Source: Catajapyx aquilonaris (Eukaryota). Taken from it: a DNA stretch of 40,972 bases. Position 1 is the first letter of the stretch. Each line of letters begins with the position of its first letter. Where the stretch lies: NCBI GenBank assembly GCA_000934665.2, contig JYFJ02003520.1, positions 1 to 40,972 on the forward strand, given 5' to 3'. Both the position numbers and the translations under genes were made by a program. The notes beneath the pieces are model-generated. The model did no database searches, was not told the origin of the DNA, and saw only the letters and a list, made by a program, of their open reading frames with translations. Below, piece by piece: positions 11,345 through 24,327 of the stretch.

Positions 11345-11753
11345 CTGTATATCACATACCAATACCTGTTTAGAGCCAGGTACTGTATTCAGATTCACAG
11401 TGGAAACTGCTCTGAGAGAGAAAATGAATCTAAACAAGTACCCAGCTCCAACCAGGTACTCGGGACACCCAGAGGTCCCCAAGATACCCCTCCTAATATT
11501 GTATCCTGCTCCGTAGCATCAGGGAATGGTGGGTGCCCTTGTTATATGACCAAACTGTACCCAGAATCCCATAATTGTAGGGAACGGCCATTTTCTCGCA
11601 AACAAGCATTCAGAAAAATGTTGCTAATAGAAACAAAGGGTGTTAAAAAATCCAACAAAAACTTTTCTGGGCATATCTGGGTTAAAGATGGTTCACGAAA
11701 AGATGACCCTCCAAGAGGCTCAACGGGGTATCCATTATAAATATCTGACTCAC

Positions 11754-12058
11754 TTGAGCATTTTCTGCCTGTCAGTCCTGGCCTTATCCTGCATGTTGAG
11801 GAAGTCTTGATGCTGCTGCTCGGTGAAGGCGCGTATCCTCTCCTCCATCCGCTCCTCCTCCTCCCTCAAGAACTGGCTCATACGGCTCTGGATGGCCACA
11901 AAGGCTGCCTCTGTTGAGGCTGACCGCCGGTTGGGTTGGCTGCCCTGATCGGTGGCGTGGGTGGCAGTGGCACTGGCAGGGTTGCCTCCAAGGGCGATTT
12001 GGAAGACAGGGGAGAATGCAGGGCTGCTTTGCACAGAGCTCATCGCAGAGGAGTCACT
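11754..12058 (-). CDS. AKT1S1: PRAS40/Lobe-like gene, coding exon 4 (SDSSAMSS...coiled coil...QKML)
   Basis: Acceptor TAAAG at 12060-12059 after a pyrimidine tract, donor AA|GTGAGT, phase 0/2. Encodes the coiled-coil FLREEEERMEERIRAF. Confidence 0.85.
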
Positions 12059-12585
12059 CTTTATGTTTTTTAAGAGACGGAAAAGAGATTTGTGAGTTTA
12101 GTGATGTCATGGCTACAGGGCCACTCGTGAAATTCCAGTCAAACGCACACTCAAACCTCGCATTTGCTCGCTCATTGTAGTGCCTTCCCCGTTGTTGGGG
12201 GGAGTCTGATTAACTGTGCAGTCCAGTGTCGGACGTGATATGCCTGCGCAGAGAGGATTAGTAGCACCTCCAAAATGATCAACAAATGAGTGATTCACCA
12301 CACATCTATTAGGGATTTATGTAGCACATGGACTGGGTAAGGTGAGGATGAAGGTAGAAGGCAGAAAAGGATTGGCTCATGTGACAAGAAGTGGTTTGGG
12401 GGGTGGGGGGGGGGGGGAACTATTTTTAAGACACTGCAAGGAATATACCTTATTTACTTGCAAATCTAAAGTAATCATAAGTTTGCTCTATTTATAAAAT
12501 ATACCCTGAATGTTCTATGCAGTAAGTTAACTGTTTGGTCAGTAACTCACATAAAATGGTCCCAAAGGGTGATTCCTTAACTATA

Positions 12586-13030
12586 CAGGGTGAAGGGAAA
12601 CTCGCGGACAATCGCCACGTAGACTGATAGTAGGCTACTCGCAAACCTAATATAGGGATGTGCAATTAGATTTGGGCGCCGTTGCGTACGTAATGCGTTC
12701 GGCGCCTTTAAAGTGTAGAGGGCCGGATGGTAAAATATGTGGTAAAAATGACAAAGTGCATGGGTGTCGCACCCAGATTCTTACTCTGATGGGATTTGAT
12801 CACCTATTGCACATGGACGATGTGTTAGGGGACCAAAGCTGGATTGTTCGGAGGCCCTCGAGCTGGCTTTTGCTTCTTTGAAGCTGGCGGAACGGATGTG
12901 ATGTCATGAAACTTTCATGGCGCCGTACGCATTAACTATGCAACGGCGCCCAGAAGTAATTGCACATTCCTATATTAGTTTTACGAGTACTATCAGGCTA
13001 CCTGTTGTCTGCAAGTTTCGCTTCGCCCTG
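12586..13030. mobile_element. Tc1/mariner-type MITE, copy 1
   Basis: TA-CAGGGTGAAGGGAAACT...CCCTG-TA, similar to 15373-15814. Confidence 0.85.
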
Positions 13031-13255
13031 TATAATCCTAAGACCAAAAAACTATACATTATATTGTATATGGCTGGGAGATATTGTTATGCTTTACTAC
13101 GGCAATTAAGTTTTGCTGTCAGCGACTTATTATCCTAAAAGAGAATATACTGCTGATTATATTACCTTTCCATCACCTGTGGAATCTGAGTGCTCTATTC
13201 AGCAGTACATTCCCTATGATTCATGCAGGACAAAACCAAAACTGAATTGATAATA

Positions 13256-13820
13256 CAGCCAAATCCCGATACCTCGAATACCAATAACTCGAAATTCTCG
13301 ATAAGTCAAAGAAAATCTTGGACTTAGCGGATTCCCCATATACTGCAATGCACATTGAATTTCGATAACTCGTATTTGTATAACTCGGTTTTCTCGATAA
13401 GTAGAATATATTTTGTGAACTCCGCAGCACTTTCACTATTAATAAGTCGAATTTTGTCAACACCGGGGAATTTCCAAGTTGGGCAAACATATGGTATGAT
13501 TATTTCTTGGAGATTTCCACCCCAGCTGGTTAATTCTTGATAAGCCGGGAAGGAATGCACAAAACCCTGTGAAAGCCACGTGTTTTAAGCTCCCTTTCCT
13601 GTAGTAGGTAGTGACTCATGCATTCCTTTGCGGTGGTGACATGCCTTTTGCCTCATAGCAGTCAGAGGCCCTAGTCTACAGTTGTCTAGCGGTCACTTGC
13701 AATCATGTCCCAGTAGCGAGACCCATACTGTAGGCTACACAGTAAGCTCGAGACTACACTGTACTGCACAGTACAGTTATCCTCTGTCCCATGGTGGTTC
13801 GAGTTTTCGGAATTTGACTG
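13256..13820. mobile_element. pogo/Tigger-like MITE
   Basis: TA-CAGCCAAATCCCGATACCTCGAA...TTCGAGTTTTCGGAATTTGACTG-TA with ATAACTCG subterminal repeats. Confidence 0.75.
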
Positions 13821-13847
13821 TATTACATGTATTATAATACATGTATA

Positions 13848-14283
13848 TGGTAGGCTCAAACCTTGAAAACGGTCATTGGCTGAAACAAAAATACCTCACC
13901 TAGGAGAGCTCGTCTTGAACCAGCCATACCTAGGTCTGGTTGCCTTCAAAACAGCCAGACCTAGGTCTGGTCATTTCCAAACTAGCCAGTCCTAGGTGTG
14001 GTTGTTTCAACCCAGGCAGACCTAGGTCTGGTCGTTTTAAAACAGCCACAGCTAGTTCTGGTCATTACTTCTTACTCACCATCCATCACCCCATCACCTC
14101 CATATACATAGGCATATTAATAAGCAGAAAAGACCAGAACTAAGCTGTTGCTGTTTTAAAATGACCACACCTAGTTCCGGCTGGTTTGGAAATGACCAGA
14201 CATAGGTTAGGCCATTTTCAAATGACCACGGTATAGTAGTTTTTTCCCCGGCCAATGGGCGTTTTCGGGGTTTGAGCCTAACG
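13848..14283. mobile_element. MITE of the same Ginger-like family as 275-1909
   Basis: Shares the TAGGCTCAAACC..GAAAACG TIR and TATA TSD. Internal palindromic repeats AGACCTAGGTCT. Confidence 0.8.
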
Positions 14284-15372
14284 TATACATCTCATCCATA
14301 GCTTATGTAGAGCATTATGATCTTGGAAGATGTCATGGAATACCCCATCCTGCCCTTAGTGCAGCAGTTACTGACAATATGTATACAGCATGGCTTGTAA
14401 TTGGATGTCTGCAAGTATAGGGGAGGGCCTGGGTAATGCTGGTCACCCCTAAATATGGACACTGGCTCGCATGACAAGAAGCTGCGCTTGCTGAAGGGAT
14501 GTTTACGATGTTTTGAGCTAGTGAGTCAGTTGAGAAAGTTTATATCTGCCATCACGTTGGTGCCATAGCAAGTGGAAATTTTTTTGCATCCTCCTTGTAA
14601 TTTTCGCAGCAACATTTATTGGAGAAAAAAAGTCAGGGTTTTTATTTTTCTCCACTCCCTTTTTGGTGTGCATTACAATAGCCATAATGCGTCTAATCCT
14701 CGTACAGTGAAAGAAGAAAATTTCTATGCAGTCAGTGTAGGTGTGATAATGTGTTTCTACAGGGCGGGCCACAAGTCCGTGTACCACTCACAGTATGGCG
14801 AAGGTATAATTATTTCATTACTTATAATAATATTTTGCGACTTCTAGAAGTGGAGAATTGTTCCAAGCATATTCATAGTGTACAGTATGAACGCGTAAGT
14901 AAAGCGCTCTGTTATTATTTGTAAAATATCTTGTCCGCAGCTTGAGTATGTGCAAGTTGAACAGAAGCAAATCTCATCGCCTAGATCTGGTACCGAAGGG
15001 GTTAACCCTTCTATGACAATTGATTGGTACAGTGATAACAGAAACCTCAAATGCAAAAAAGCACTTACTGAGCCCTATCAAGATCAAAACAGTTCTTCAG
15101 AAAAACATAGTTACTTTAAAACTGACCCAGGCAGAACATATCCTTCATGTGACTCATAAAATGCAGGGGTCTTCCAAATATAAAGTGACTAATCAAGACA
15201 CAACAGTGTCTAAACTGTGAAAATAAGACTTTACCTTTGCAATGTTGAGGCACACCAACAGAAAAGGTGTCAGTGCCAAATACCTTTTCCTCGAAAAAAA
15301 CTTCCAAAAATGTCCAAAAACATAATGTATTATTTCATTGTGTAACATGCCACATAAATACAGTTTGATATA

Positions 15373-15814
15373 CAGGGTGAAGGGAAACTTGCGGATAATC
15401 ACCAGGTAGATTGATAGTACTTGCAAAACCAATATAGGGATGGGCAATTAGTTTTGGGCGCCGTTGCGTAGAATGCTTACAGTGCCTTTAAAATGTAGAG
15501 GGCCAGATGGTAAATTATTAGGTGAAAACGACAAAGTGCACGGGTGTCACACCCGGATTCTGACTCTGATGGGATTTGATCACCTATTGTACATGGACAA
15601 TGGGTTAAGGACCTAAGGCTGGATTGTTTGGAGGCCCTCAAGCTGATTTTTGATTCTTTGAAGCTGACGGAGAGGATGTGACGTCACAAAACTTTGAAGG
15701 CATCGTACGCATTAACTACGCACAGACGTCCAAAACCAATTGCACATCCCTATATTAGTTTTGCGAGTACTATAAGTCTACCTGGCGGTTGTCCACGAGT
15801 TTCCCTTCACCCTG
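15373..15814. mobile_element. Tc1/mariner-type MITE, copy 2
   Basis: Same family as 12586-13030, TA flanks. Confidence 0.85.
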
Positions 15815-15999
15815 TATTTATGTACAAAAAAAAATTACTTGAACCGATTAGTCCAGAACTACAAGTTTTCAGACTATATGAAGACCTTGGGGGGAAAATG
15901 ATCAAGGCCCATTTTTTGTCAAAAATGAGTTACATATCTCAGAAGATAGTTTCAGTAGCGTATGATATGATGGTTTGGTCATGGTTGTGGAGTAATGAT

Positions 16000-16363
16000 C
16001 GGCGTGGTGGCCGAGATGGTAACGTCTCGGCATGCTATGTGAAAGGTCCCGGGTTCGAACCCCAGCTGGGAGTTCCCTTTCACCAGTGTCAGGAGGGTCT
16101 CTGACCCACGCCTTGGAGGCATCTGACAACCTAACCTCCAGGGAGACTGCACATGACCCTTTTTCAGACATTGCACCTGCCCCTGTGTCTCCTCCCCAAA
16201 AATCCCCATTTTTACGCCCTGTCCTTTCTTCCCTGCATGAAGTTAGAAGAAAAAACACGAAAATCGAATGGAGAATATGATGGCGTTCCACTACCATAAG
16301 AGGGCCTCTGGCCCTCTCTCTATCACGGGGTAATAAAAAATAAATAAAGTAAAATAAAATAAA
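16000..16363 (+). mobile_element. tRNA-derived SINE
   Basis: A-box TGGCCGAGATGG, B-box GGTTCGAACCC, 3' CTATCACGGGGTA and an (A)nT tail. Confidence 0.75.
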
Positions 16364-16490
16364 GATCATAGTCCAATATGGAAGGCCCCTAGAGTGGGAT
16401 TTACAATAGAACCTTATGGGCCTTCGAAATTTAAAATAGGAATATCTCAGTTTCACCTGAGGTGGACTTTGATCATTCTTCCCCTGAGGT

Positions 16491-16551
16491 TTGGTTTGGT
16501 TTATTAGGAAGAAGCCAAAGCAACTATGGCTATCTGGCTGTAAGAAGAAGC
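16491..16551 (-). mobile_element. Extremely 5'-truncated retroposon tail (61 bp)
   Basis: 14-bp TSD TCTTCCCCTGAGGT. Minus strand ends AATAAACCAAACCAA. Confidence 0.75.
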
Positions 16552-17373
16552 TCTTCCCCTGAGGTCTTCATATGCAAGTAAGACTGGGTTGATATACCAA
16601 AAATATTTGCACTGACTTTTCAGTCAAATGCATGGGATTCAGACACTGATACACTGCAGCATAATGTAAATGTTACAAAGGATAAATGTGCACATAATGT
16701 ATGTGAAGCTGAATGAACGTCTTGATATTTTTAAACCTTTCAAATTATTATACTAGAGCAATCATACAAAACACTTTTGACTAATCAAAATGCAACAAAC
16801 ACCTTTTGATTAGCGAAATCACAACTCCAAAATAGACCAAGTTTTTAAACAGGTACAGGCATTCCTTGTAAGTGTGTGAATGGTTGAACATCTCAGCTAA
16901 GAGAGGCTTGTTGCTGCCAGCCAGTATTGTTTCTCTGATATTGCAAGCATTTTAAGGATAACAGGTTTTAGTGAATTACATATAATTACTTAGACTGAAA
17001 AATGTGCATTTGATGACTCACTCCACCTTCACCCCATGCCACTTATTATCACAATCAAGACATTCTCCCCCTCTTTCCCATCAAATGACATCATCATTAG
17101 CACTTCACTTTCCCACTTTCATTACCTTCCTAACAATTCTGTACCAACACAAAGTACCATCTGCATCATCAATTCTCATGACACATGCAAAAACCCTAGC
17201 TTACTTCCTATTGAAGCTGTAGGGTTTATACATGTGGCATCAGGCTTGTCTTCATTGAATGGACATCCTCCCCCTTCTATGGTGTTGTCACTTAACACCT
17301 ACACATTGGGCCTATTCAGGAGAAGTTAAAATGAGGCAACAAGAATAGCCAGACATATCATCATTAAATATAC

Positions 17374-17576
17374 CAGGGTGTTCCAAGTTAGTGGGTCACT
17401 TTTTGATATCTGATATTGCCTGATAACAGTTATTTTTGTAGCTTGTGCCCCATTCTAGGCCCCATTCTACAACTACTACTATAACTATAGGTTAGGGGCA
17501 CAACAAGCTACAAAAAATAACTGCTATTGGGGAATATCAGTTATCAAGAAGTGACCCACAAACTTGGAACACCCTG
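17374..17576. mobile_element. Tc1/mariner-type foldback MITE (diverged)
   Basis: CAGGGTGTTCCAAGTT.GTGGGTCACTT / AAGTGACCCAC.AACTTGGAACACCCTG, arms of about 70 bp. Confidence 0.78.
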
Positions 17577-17738
17577 TTATTACATCACCTCATGTGTGCT
17601 ACAAGCAGTCCTCATTACTATTGCTGAGATTACATTATGAAAATTTCAACATGTATGAAAACAACGTAAATACTTGGGTCACATTGTGCAATATTGTCAG
17701 CCTACCCTGCCCTCTATCCAGTATCAGTACTTGTATAA

Positions 17739-17950
17739 GGGCATTTCCATGATGCATCCGCCCGTTCGTAACACAAGTTTTGTCTACGTGCACAACTGTA
17801 TTTTATTATAACAATGACAGGATGCATGCACTGCATGCTTAATGCATTTCATGCAATGTGTGCGTATTGTTACAATAAAATATGCTAGTACATGTCTGCA
17901 AAACCTGCGTTACGAACGGACAGTATGTCTGTGTTTGCGTGGAAATGCCC
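17739..17950. mobile_element. Harbinger-type MITE (diverged)
   Basis: TIR GGGCATTTCCA / TGGAAATGCCC, TAA-like flanks, internal imperfect symmetry. Confidence 0.65.
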
Positions 17951-18603
17951 ATAAGGTGATCTATTATGCAATGGAAAGGCATATTATGCACATTACAAAG
18001 AAAAATTCACCCAAACAGTAGGAGAAAATTCTGTACTGTTTGGTGCAGCAGAGCACAATATGTGCAAACTGCAGAGCAATAGACTATATTATTAGAAGTG
18101 CAATTCTGAGAAGTGAGTTATTGTTTCCACTACTGCGTAAGACGGTAAGCATATGTTCCCTGAATAGAGTGAAGCAGAGATGGTCGGGCAACACTTTGAC
18201 TCATCAGTTGAGCTGGAATGACCCTATAGTGACATAATAATAATGTATACAGGCTGTTTCATTCAGTCCCCCACAACTCCCTCCTCATTTGTGTGTGTTT
18301 AATGAGTCTCTACCACCCTAGATTTAGCCCTGCTGGTGCTCCACCGTCACGTACAGATTTGGGTGGCTGGTGGAGAACTGTGAATGTGCTCTGGACCCAG
18401 CTGCAGGGGAAAGGACAGTTTGGGTTGGTTCAGAAAGCGTCCCCCGGAACACTTTATGACAGTGGAGTGACTGCAGTGCCAAATCCAGGGTAGCGGAGAC
18501 TTGTTAAGCGCACAGTAATGTTGTCTCCTAGGGTAGAAGTTGCGGGGGGCTATATCTGAACTGGCCAGCAATCTTTCCGCTGCTTATTCTTATGCAGTTA
18601 CTA

Positions 18604-18862
18604 ATAATGGATACCCCGTGATAGGCCCCTTGGGCCTCTTAGGGGATCATCTTTTAATAGACCGACTTTAATCATTTGCCTGTAATGTGATGGATTTTGA
18701 TAGTGGGAGGAAATGGGAGAACCCCGAGAAAACCCACGCGAACACGGAGAGAACCCATCGAAACTCTATCCACATAAGTATCCTCCGTCCGACCCGGGGA
18801 TCGAACTCGGGACCTTACAGGTGGAAGGCTGCGGCGCTAACCACTCGGCCACCGTGTCGCCC
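18604..18862 (-). mobile_element. Full-length tRNA-derived SINE with V/Meta-like core
   Basis: A-box TGGCCGAGTGG, B-box GTTCGATCC, core GGGTTTTCTCGGGGTTCTCCCATTTCCTCCCAC, 15-bp TSD CTTATGCAGTTACTA. Confidence 0.88.
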
Positions 18863-19238
18863 CTTATGCAGTTACTATCCTTTATCATTTGCATACAAAC
18901 TGTTCAACCTAATATTTGTAGCTAATATTTTTGACAGCACATAACATTAATTATTCAAAACTGTGTATATAAGTAGCTTAGTGCCAAAATATCACTAACT
19001 ACTACAATTGAAACACTATTCGTAGGATGTTTCATATATTGAGCTCACACCTCTGTCAGTTGAAATTCTGTGGACTCTCCTAGGCCAAGTTGGTATTCCT
19101 GAGTCTGCCAAATTTTAGTCAGGCAGAACAACCAAATGCACACCCTCCCTGTACTGTACAACTCAGGTACAACTACTTCCTTCTCTTTCCTATCACTATT
19201 TCCTACCACTCAGGGTTCAAACAAGGTTTCTAGGTGTA

Positions 19239-19520
19239 CAGTGCTGGATATTAATTCCGTCATACTGCTAGCGACATTTTCCTATCGGCAGAAGTGCAAA
19301 TCGAAGTGATAGAGTGCGAGCTGTGGGAGTAAGAAATGGTAGGCCTTGGGTGACGTCACCAGCTTGGGAATAATTGAGAGGTGGGTTGTCCTCAGCCAGT
19401 GACGTCACCCAAGGCCTACCATTTGTTACTCCCACAGCTCGCACTCTATCACTTCGATTTGCACTTCTGCTGCATCGGAAAATGTCTCTAGCAGTACGAC
19501 AGAATTAATGTCCAGCACTG
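19239..19520. mobile_element. Foldback MITE with TA TSD
   Basis: Arms of about 120 bp, CAGTGCTGGA...TCCAGCACTG. A related, interrupted copy lies at about 24218-25320. Confidence 0.85.
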
Positions 19521-20121
19521 TACATGACATTTTTGCCAATACAGATGTGAGCTAAATTATGAAACGTGCAGTAGAACATGATAGGTAATGAGGACTGTCT
19601 ATACTGGCCTTTCAGAGAAAATAATAACTGTTTAATAACAAGCTTTTCTATACCATGTGTTTCTGAATTAGGTCATACTGATGTCATTCAAAATTTTATT
19701 GATGTTCGTCTTGGTTGCCTCACCTTCATCTTTGTAATGTAGCTATGTATGCCATTGGAAAGCCTCTTAAATGAGCTTATCAATGATCTACATAACTTAT
19801 TTCCATACTTGCAGGTGAGGCAAGGTATGTTGCACAAATCTTGCACGGAACTCCTACTGACAATGATAATATTAGCAACACAAAACTGGACAAGAATCAA
19901 ATGGATACTGCCAGAGTATTCTCAGATTGCATTTACATGAACAGAATTAGTATATATGATACATAAATGGTGCCTATGGACTGACCACAAGTTACATAAT
20001 GCTAGTACTGTCATTGCTGTGAGGAAAAGAAATGTTTGCTGGAAACCCAGATATATCTGACTCCCTGCATATTTCAGATGCACTACCTGCCTCTGGGACT
20101 TTCATTGTGAGTACCATTTAC

Positions 20122-20536
20122 AGGGACACTCCACTCAAAATACAAGTTGGGTTCTAAAAATCGGGCAAAAAATCCTGATTCCGAGGGTATAAGCAGTTTT
20201 TCTGAGAGATGAACGGTATGGCCAGGGTGAAAGCTGGAAGTGTGTCGTTCGAAAACCGCGCGCGGAGCAGGTGAGCGCAGGTGGCGACGCCACCAGAGGA
20301 GCGGAACTAGATCAGGGGCCTGGCCAGGCGCCTGGCGCGGCTGTTTATTGACCGCGCTATACTTCTCCGGTTTGCCGCGGGATGGTGTTGAATCGCCCTT
20401 CTTAGCAGACGACGTGTGTAGATATATGATTTTCCGTGTTACCGTTGGGCGTAGAAAAAAAACGATTGCACATTCGGAATCAGGATTTTTTGCCCGATTT
20501 TTGGGGGCCAACTAGTATTTTGAGTGGAATGTCCCT
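20122..20536. mobile_element. Kolobok-like MITE
   Basis: TIR of about 60 bp, AGGGACA.TCCACTCAAAATAC..., right flank TTAA, left flank TTAC. Confidence 0.7.
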
Positions 20537-20691
20537 TTAAGCCAGTAAGATGGCACTTGGATCTACTCCAAGGAGGTAAGTTCACTTCAATCATGGGACA
20601 AATATGCAACAAATATGTTGTTTACCTAGGTCCAGTGAGCTTACCAAGGCCACTTGCCTACAAGTCAGCAGGATGGCTGAAAGGTAGGTAA

Positions 20692-22908
20692 CATTGTTCG
20701 ACAAGGGTAAATTTTCCCGGGTTATGATATGTGGTTCAATAAGTGTTTCTGCTACTGATTCCAAATCTGCAATTAGAATTGTGCTGTCAGGCACAGTTTG
20801 AGATATATCGTGTTAAAGTTTGGAACAGTTTACTAGGGGTCTTTCTGAATCAAGTGGGCCTAATGTTGCTAGACCGCCTCGGATCTTGGTGAAAATAATC
20901 ACAGATGTACTCACCTACTCCTTAATGCTACTTATAAAGTTTCAGCCATATTGCGAAATGCCATGATGAGGAAAAAAATCGCAAAAATATTAAAATGGCT
21001 GAAAATTAGGCCTTTTTTGGAGAATTTTTTTCAGTTAGTGGAAGTGATCAAAACCCAATGACCATATATATCAAAAGAAAGAGAAACACCAGGAAAATGC
21101 GTCTATGGAATAATTAGGTTTCCTCTAAAATGTAAAAATAACCTTTTATAACATTTCCTTGGTCACTTGCTCAGTCACATGCCCAAGAATTGTGACCTCA
21201 ACAATTAGTGATGTATTTGTGTTACATCAGTCATATTCAAAGAGTTCTGCTATAATATATAATATACCTAGAGAGAGCACTCTGGGTGAAATGTGAGGCA
21301 GGCAACAATATTACCTGAGTAAAGATGACATTATTGGACTAATTGTTGTCCCAGTGTTGTCATTATTGATTGTTGTCCCAGTTGCTAGACACCTGTTAGA
21401 ACAACAATATTACCTGAGTAAAGTTGGTGGCTGCTCAGCCTGGCTAATAGGAAAGCATAGGGAGTACTTCCTTTAGGTATATTATGTGTTATAGAAGAAC
21501 TCTTTGGTAATATTTGGTGACACTAGTTGTGACAGACATAAGGTTCAGTATGTTAAGTTTGAGGCCTGGGTAATGCATGGTTTGCGAGAAAATAATAGAT
21601 ATGTTTTGCAGATATGCCGTTAATTTCACTCTTCTACAAAAAACCTTTTTGCTCTTTTTGAGATGTGAATAGTGATTCTTATAGTACTTTTCTTCCTGAT
21701 TCCAAATCCGCACTTAAAATTGTGCTGTCAGGAACAGTTTTTGAGATATACTGCATTAACTAATCGACTATCTATGAGTAAAACACTAAGTTGCTGTACA
21801 CTTTGCAATGATAAGGAAGAGTTCACATTGTTCCATATGATGTTTAACTGTAGTTTTTATACCGAGAAAAGGATCCATATGCGAGAGTTCAGGAGAGTAC
21901 CGATCGACAAAATTCACTTGCTGTTTTTGGATATCCCCCCACAAATGATGTTTTCTTTATACAAGTTTTTTTTATGGCAGTTCAAAAGCTGCAGTTGTGT
22001 AACATTGTATTGTAGTGTGTAAAATATGGTAATGATGAAGGAGGGTGGTGTCTTTCTATGTACTCTGTACGATAGAAATAAAGAATCTATCTATCTATCT
22101 ATGAGTAAATGCAGTATATCTCAAAAACTGTGCCTGACAGCACAATTTTAAGTGCGGATTTGGAATCAGGGAGAAAAGTACTATAAAAATCACAATTCAC
22201 ATCTTCAGATAGAGCAAAACAGTTTTTAGTAGAAAAGTGAAATTAACGGTGTATCTGCAAAACACATGTATTATTTTCTCGCGAACCATGCGTGACCCAG
22301 GCCTCAAACTTAACATACTGAACCTTATGTCTGACACAACTAGTGTCTCCAAATATGACTGATGTAACGTAAATATATCACTAATTGTTGAGGTCACAAT
22401 TCTTAGGCACGTGACTGAGCAAGTGACCAATGAAATACTATAAAATTTTATTTTTCTATTTTAGAGGAAAACTAATTCTATAGGCGCATTCTCCTGGTGT
22501 TTCTCTTTCTTTTGATATATATGTTCATTGGGTTTTGACCCCTTCCACTAACTGGAAAAAAAATCTCCAAAAAAGGCCTTATTTTCAGCCATTTTCATAT
22601 TTTTGCGATTTTTTCCCTCATCATGGTATTGAGCAATATGGCTAAAACTTTAAAAGCAACATTCAGGAATATGTGAGTATATCTGTGATTATTTTAACCA
22701 AGATCCGAGATGGTCTAACAACATTTAGGCCCACTTGATTCGGAAAGACCCCTAGTAAACCATTCCAAACTTTAAAACTATATATCTCAAAAACTGTGCC
22801 TGACAAAAACCTTCTGAGCAGATATTCGGATTCGGCGCAGAAAGGACAATACGAATCACTATTCAAATCTTCAGAAAATAGAAAAAAGTGTTATTTTGTA
22901 GAACAGTG
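20692..22908. mobile_element. Large foldback element, Chapaev3/CMC-like
   Basis: TAA-CA(T/C)TGTTC...GAACAGTG-TTA ends. Long diverged arms (about 20755-21230 vs 22375-22830, and 21500-21760 vs 22105-22350). Confidence 0.7.
21783..22094 (+). mobile_element. 5'-truncated LINE 3' end
   Basis: ORF2-type CCHC finger CTLCNDKEEFTLFHMMFNC, AATAAA, (CTAT)n tail, 15-bp TSD CTATCTATGAGTAAA. Confidence 0.82.
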
Positions 22909-23809
22909 TTATCTGCACTGTTTTGCACAAGCTTTTTTATTTGGAGACTGTGTCACATTTCCAACAACATTACTGGTGGCCTATTTATTAAATCCATCAG
23001 TGTAGTTATCTCAGTATGCAATTGTCTAGGATATCATTGTCATTTACACTTGATGAGCAACATGTAAGCACACAAGAGAGCACTTGTCATCAATGAAGGA
23101 ACAGTACATCCCTTGGAATTCATGAGTCCAGTGCCATATGCCCTCTTGGAAACCTTTGTGTTTTCATTTTAAGTTCTTGAGAAAGATCTGCACTGTACCA
23201 GGCACAGTAATAAAGTGGACTTTGCTTTGAAAGATGCAGTCATGAGCAATGTGTGCCTAACATCCTGTACGTAGGATGCTTCTTATTAAAACTAAGAAAA
23301 AATAATTCAGGCATATCTGGGTTTAGCACATTTTCATTTGGGATTTTTTTTCTGTGAATTTTGCAAACCCGCAACACACACTAAAAGAGAGTTAACATTT
23401 CTGGAGGATTATTTCACTTCTGTAAGTCCGTGGTGATTCTATCCCTTTGTCTTACACAGGCCTCTTCCAATTTAAATGTGAAATAGGACACCATGGCAAA
23501 GCAAATTAAAGACAGCACTAAGCACTATGGAGTGGCAGTTATGTCCTCACACATGCTCTGAGATACAAATGTGTATCACCTGTCTAATCCAAGTGGACGT
23601 TTGGCAATTACTATAACTTATTACAATCTCCTTCGTGATTGGTTACAACCATAAGTAACCATGGCAAAACCCAAACTTCCGTTCCAGTCTTGGAATACAC
23701 AGACCATACGTAGCAATGAAAACAAGCAGACCTTCACATGATACCTGAATGAATTGCCTACAATGTCATATAAGTTAATTAGTTTAGCAAACAAATTCAC
23801 TTGACTGAC

Positions 23810-23986
23810 CAGAAGGTGTTTGCTAACAAGGACACATCCGGACCCTTTCTCCTTGTGCATGGCATGGGTGTCGGTGAGACAGTTGATGCAGCGAGTCACC
23901 AGCCAAACTCCCACAGTCCGCGACTGGAGGAGATACACATGCTCCACCTTTATACCTCCAAAATCCACGCTTCCCTGTACGAGATC
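23810..23986 (-). CDS. AKT1S1: PRAS40/Lobe-like gene, coding exon 3 (DLVQGS...RCINC...SKHLL)
   Basis: Acceptor TTTCCAG, donor CTG|GTCAGT, 59 codons, phase 0/0. A nearby in-frame donor 9 nt downstream is also possible. Confidence 0.85.
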
Positions 23987-24327
23987 CTGGAAAGTAGGTG
24001 AAATAAAATTAACCATTATCAATGCTGATATTATTCTAACTTCTTTTAAAATACATTGACTATGACCCCAATTCCATGTCTCATGAAATAAAACAAGACA
24101 AAAATTTAAAATTTAACTTTGCTCTGGACTGCTGCCTCACATTGCAGGCACTTGAAAAATAGGATATAAAAGAAAAATCACTAATTCTAATGACATCATT
24201 CTGCCAAAAGTACAGTACAGTCGTGCTGGACATAAATTTCGTCTCACTGCTAGCGACATTTTCCAAGGTGGCAAAAGAGTACGTTGAAGTGATAAAGTGT
24301 GAGCCTTGCGAGTAAGAAGTAATAGAC

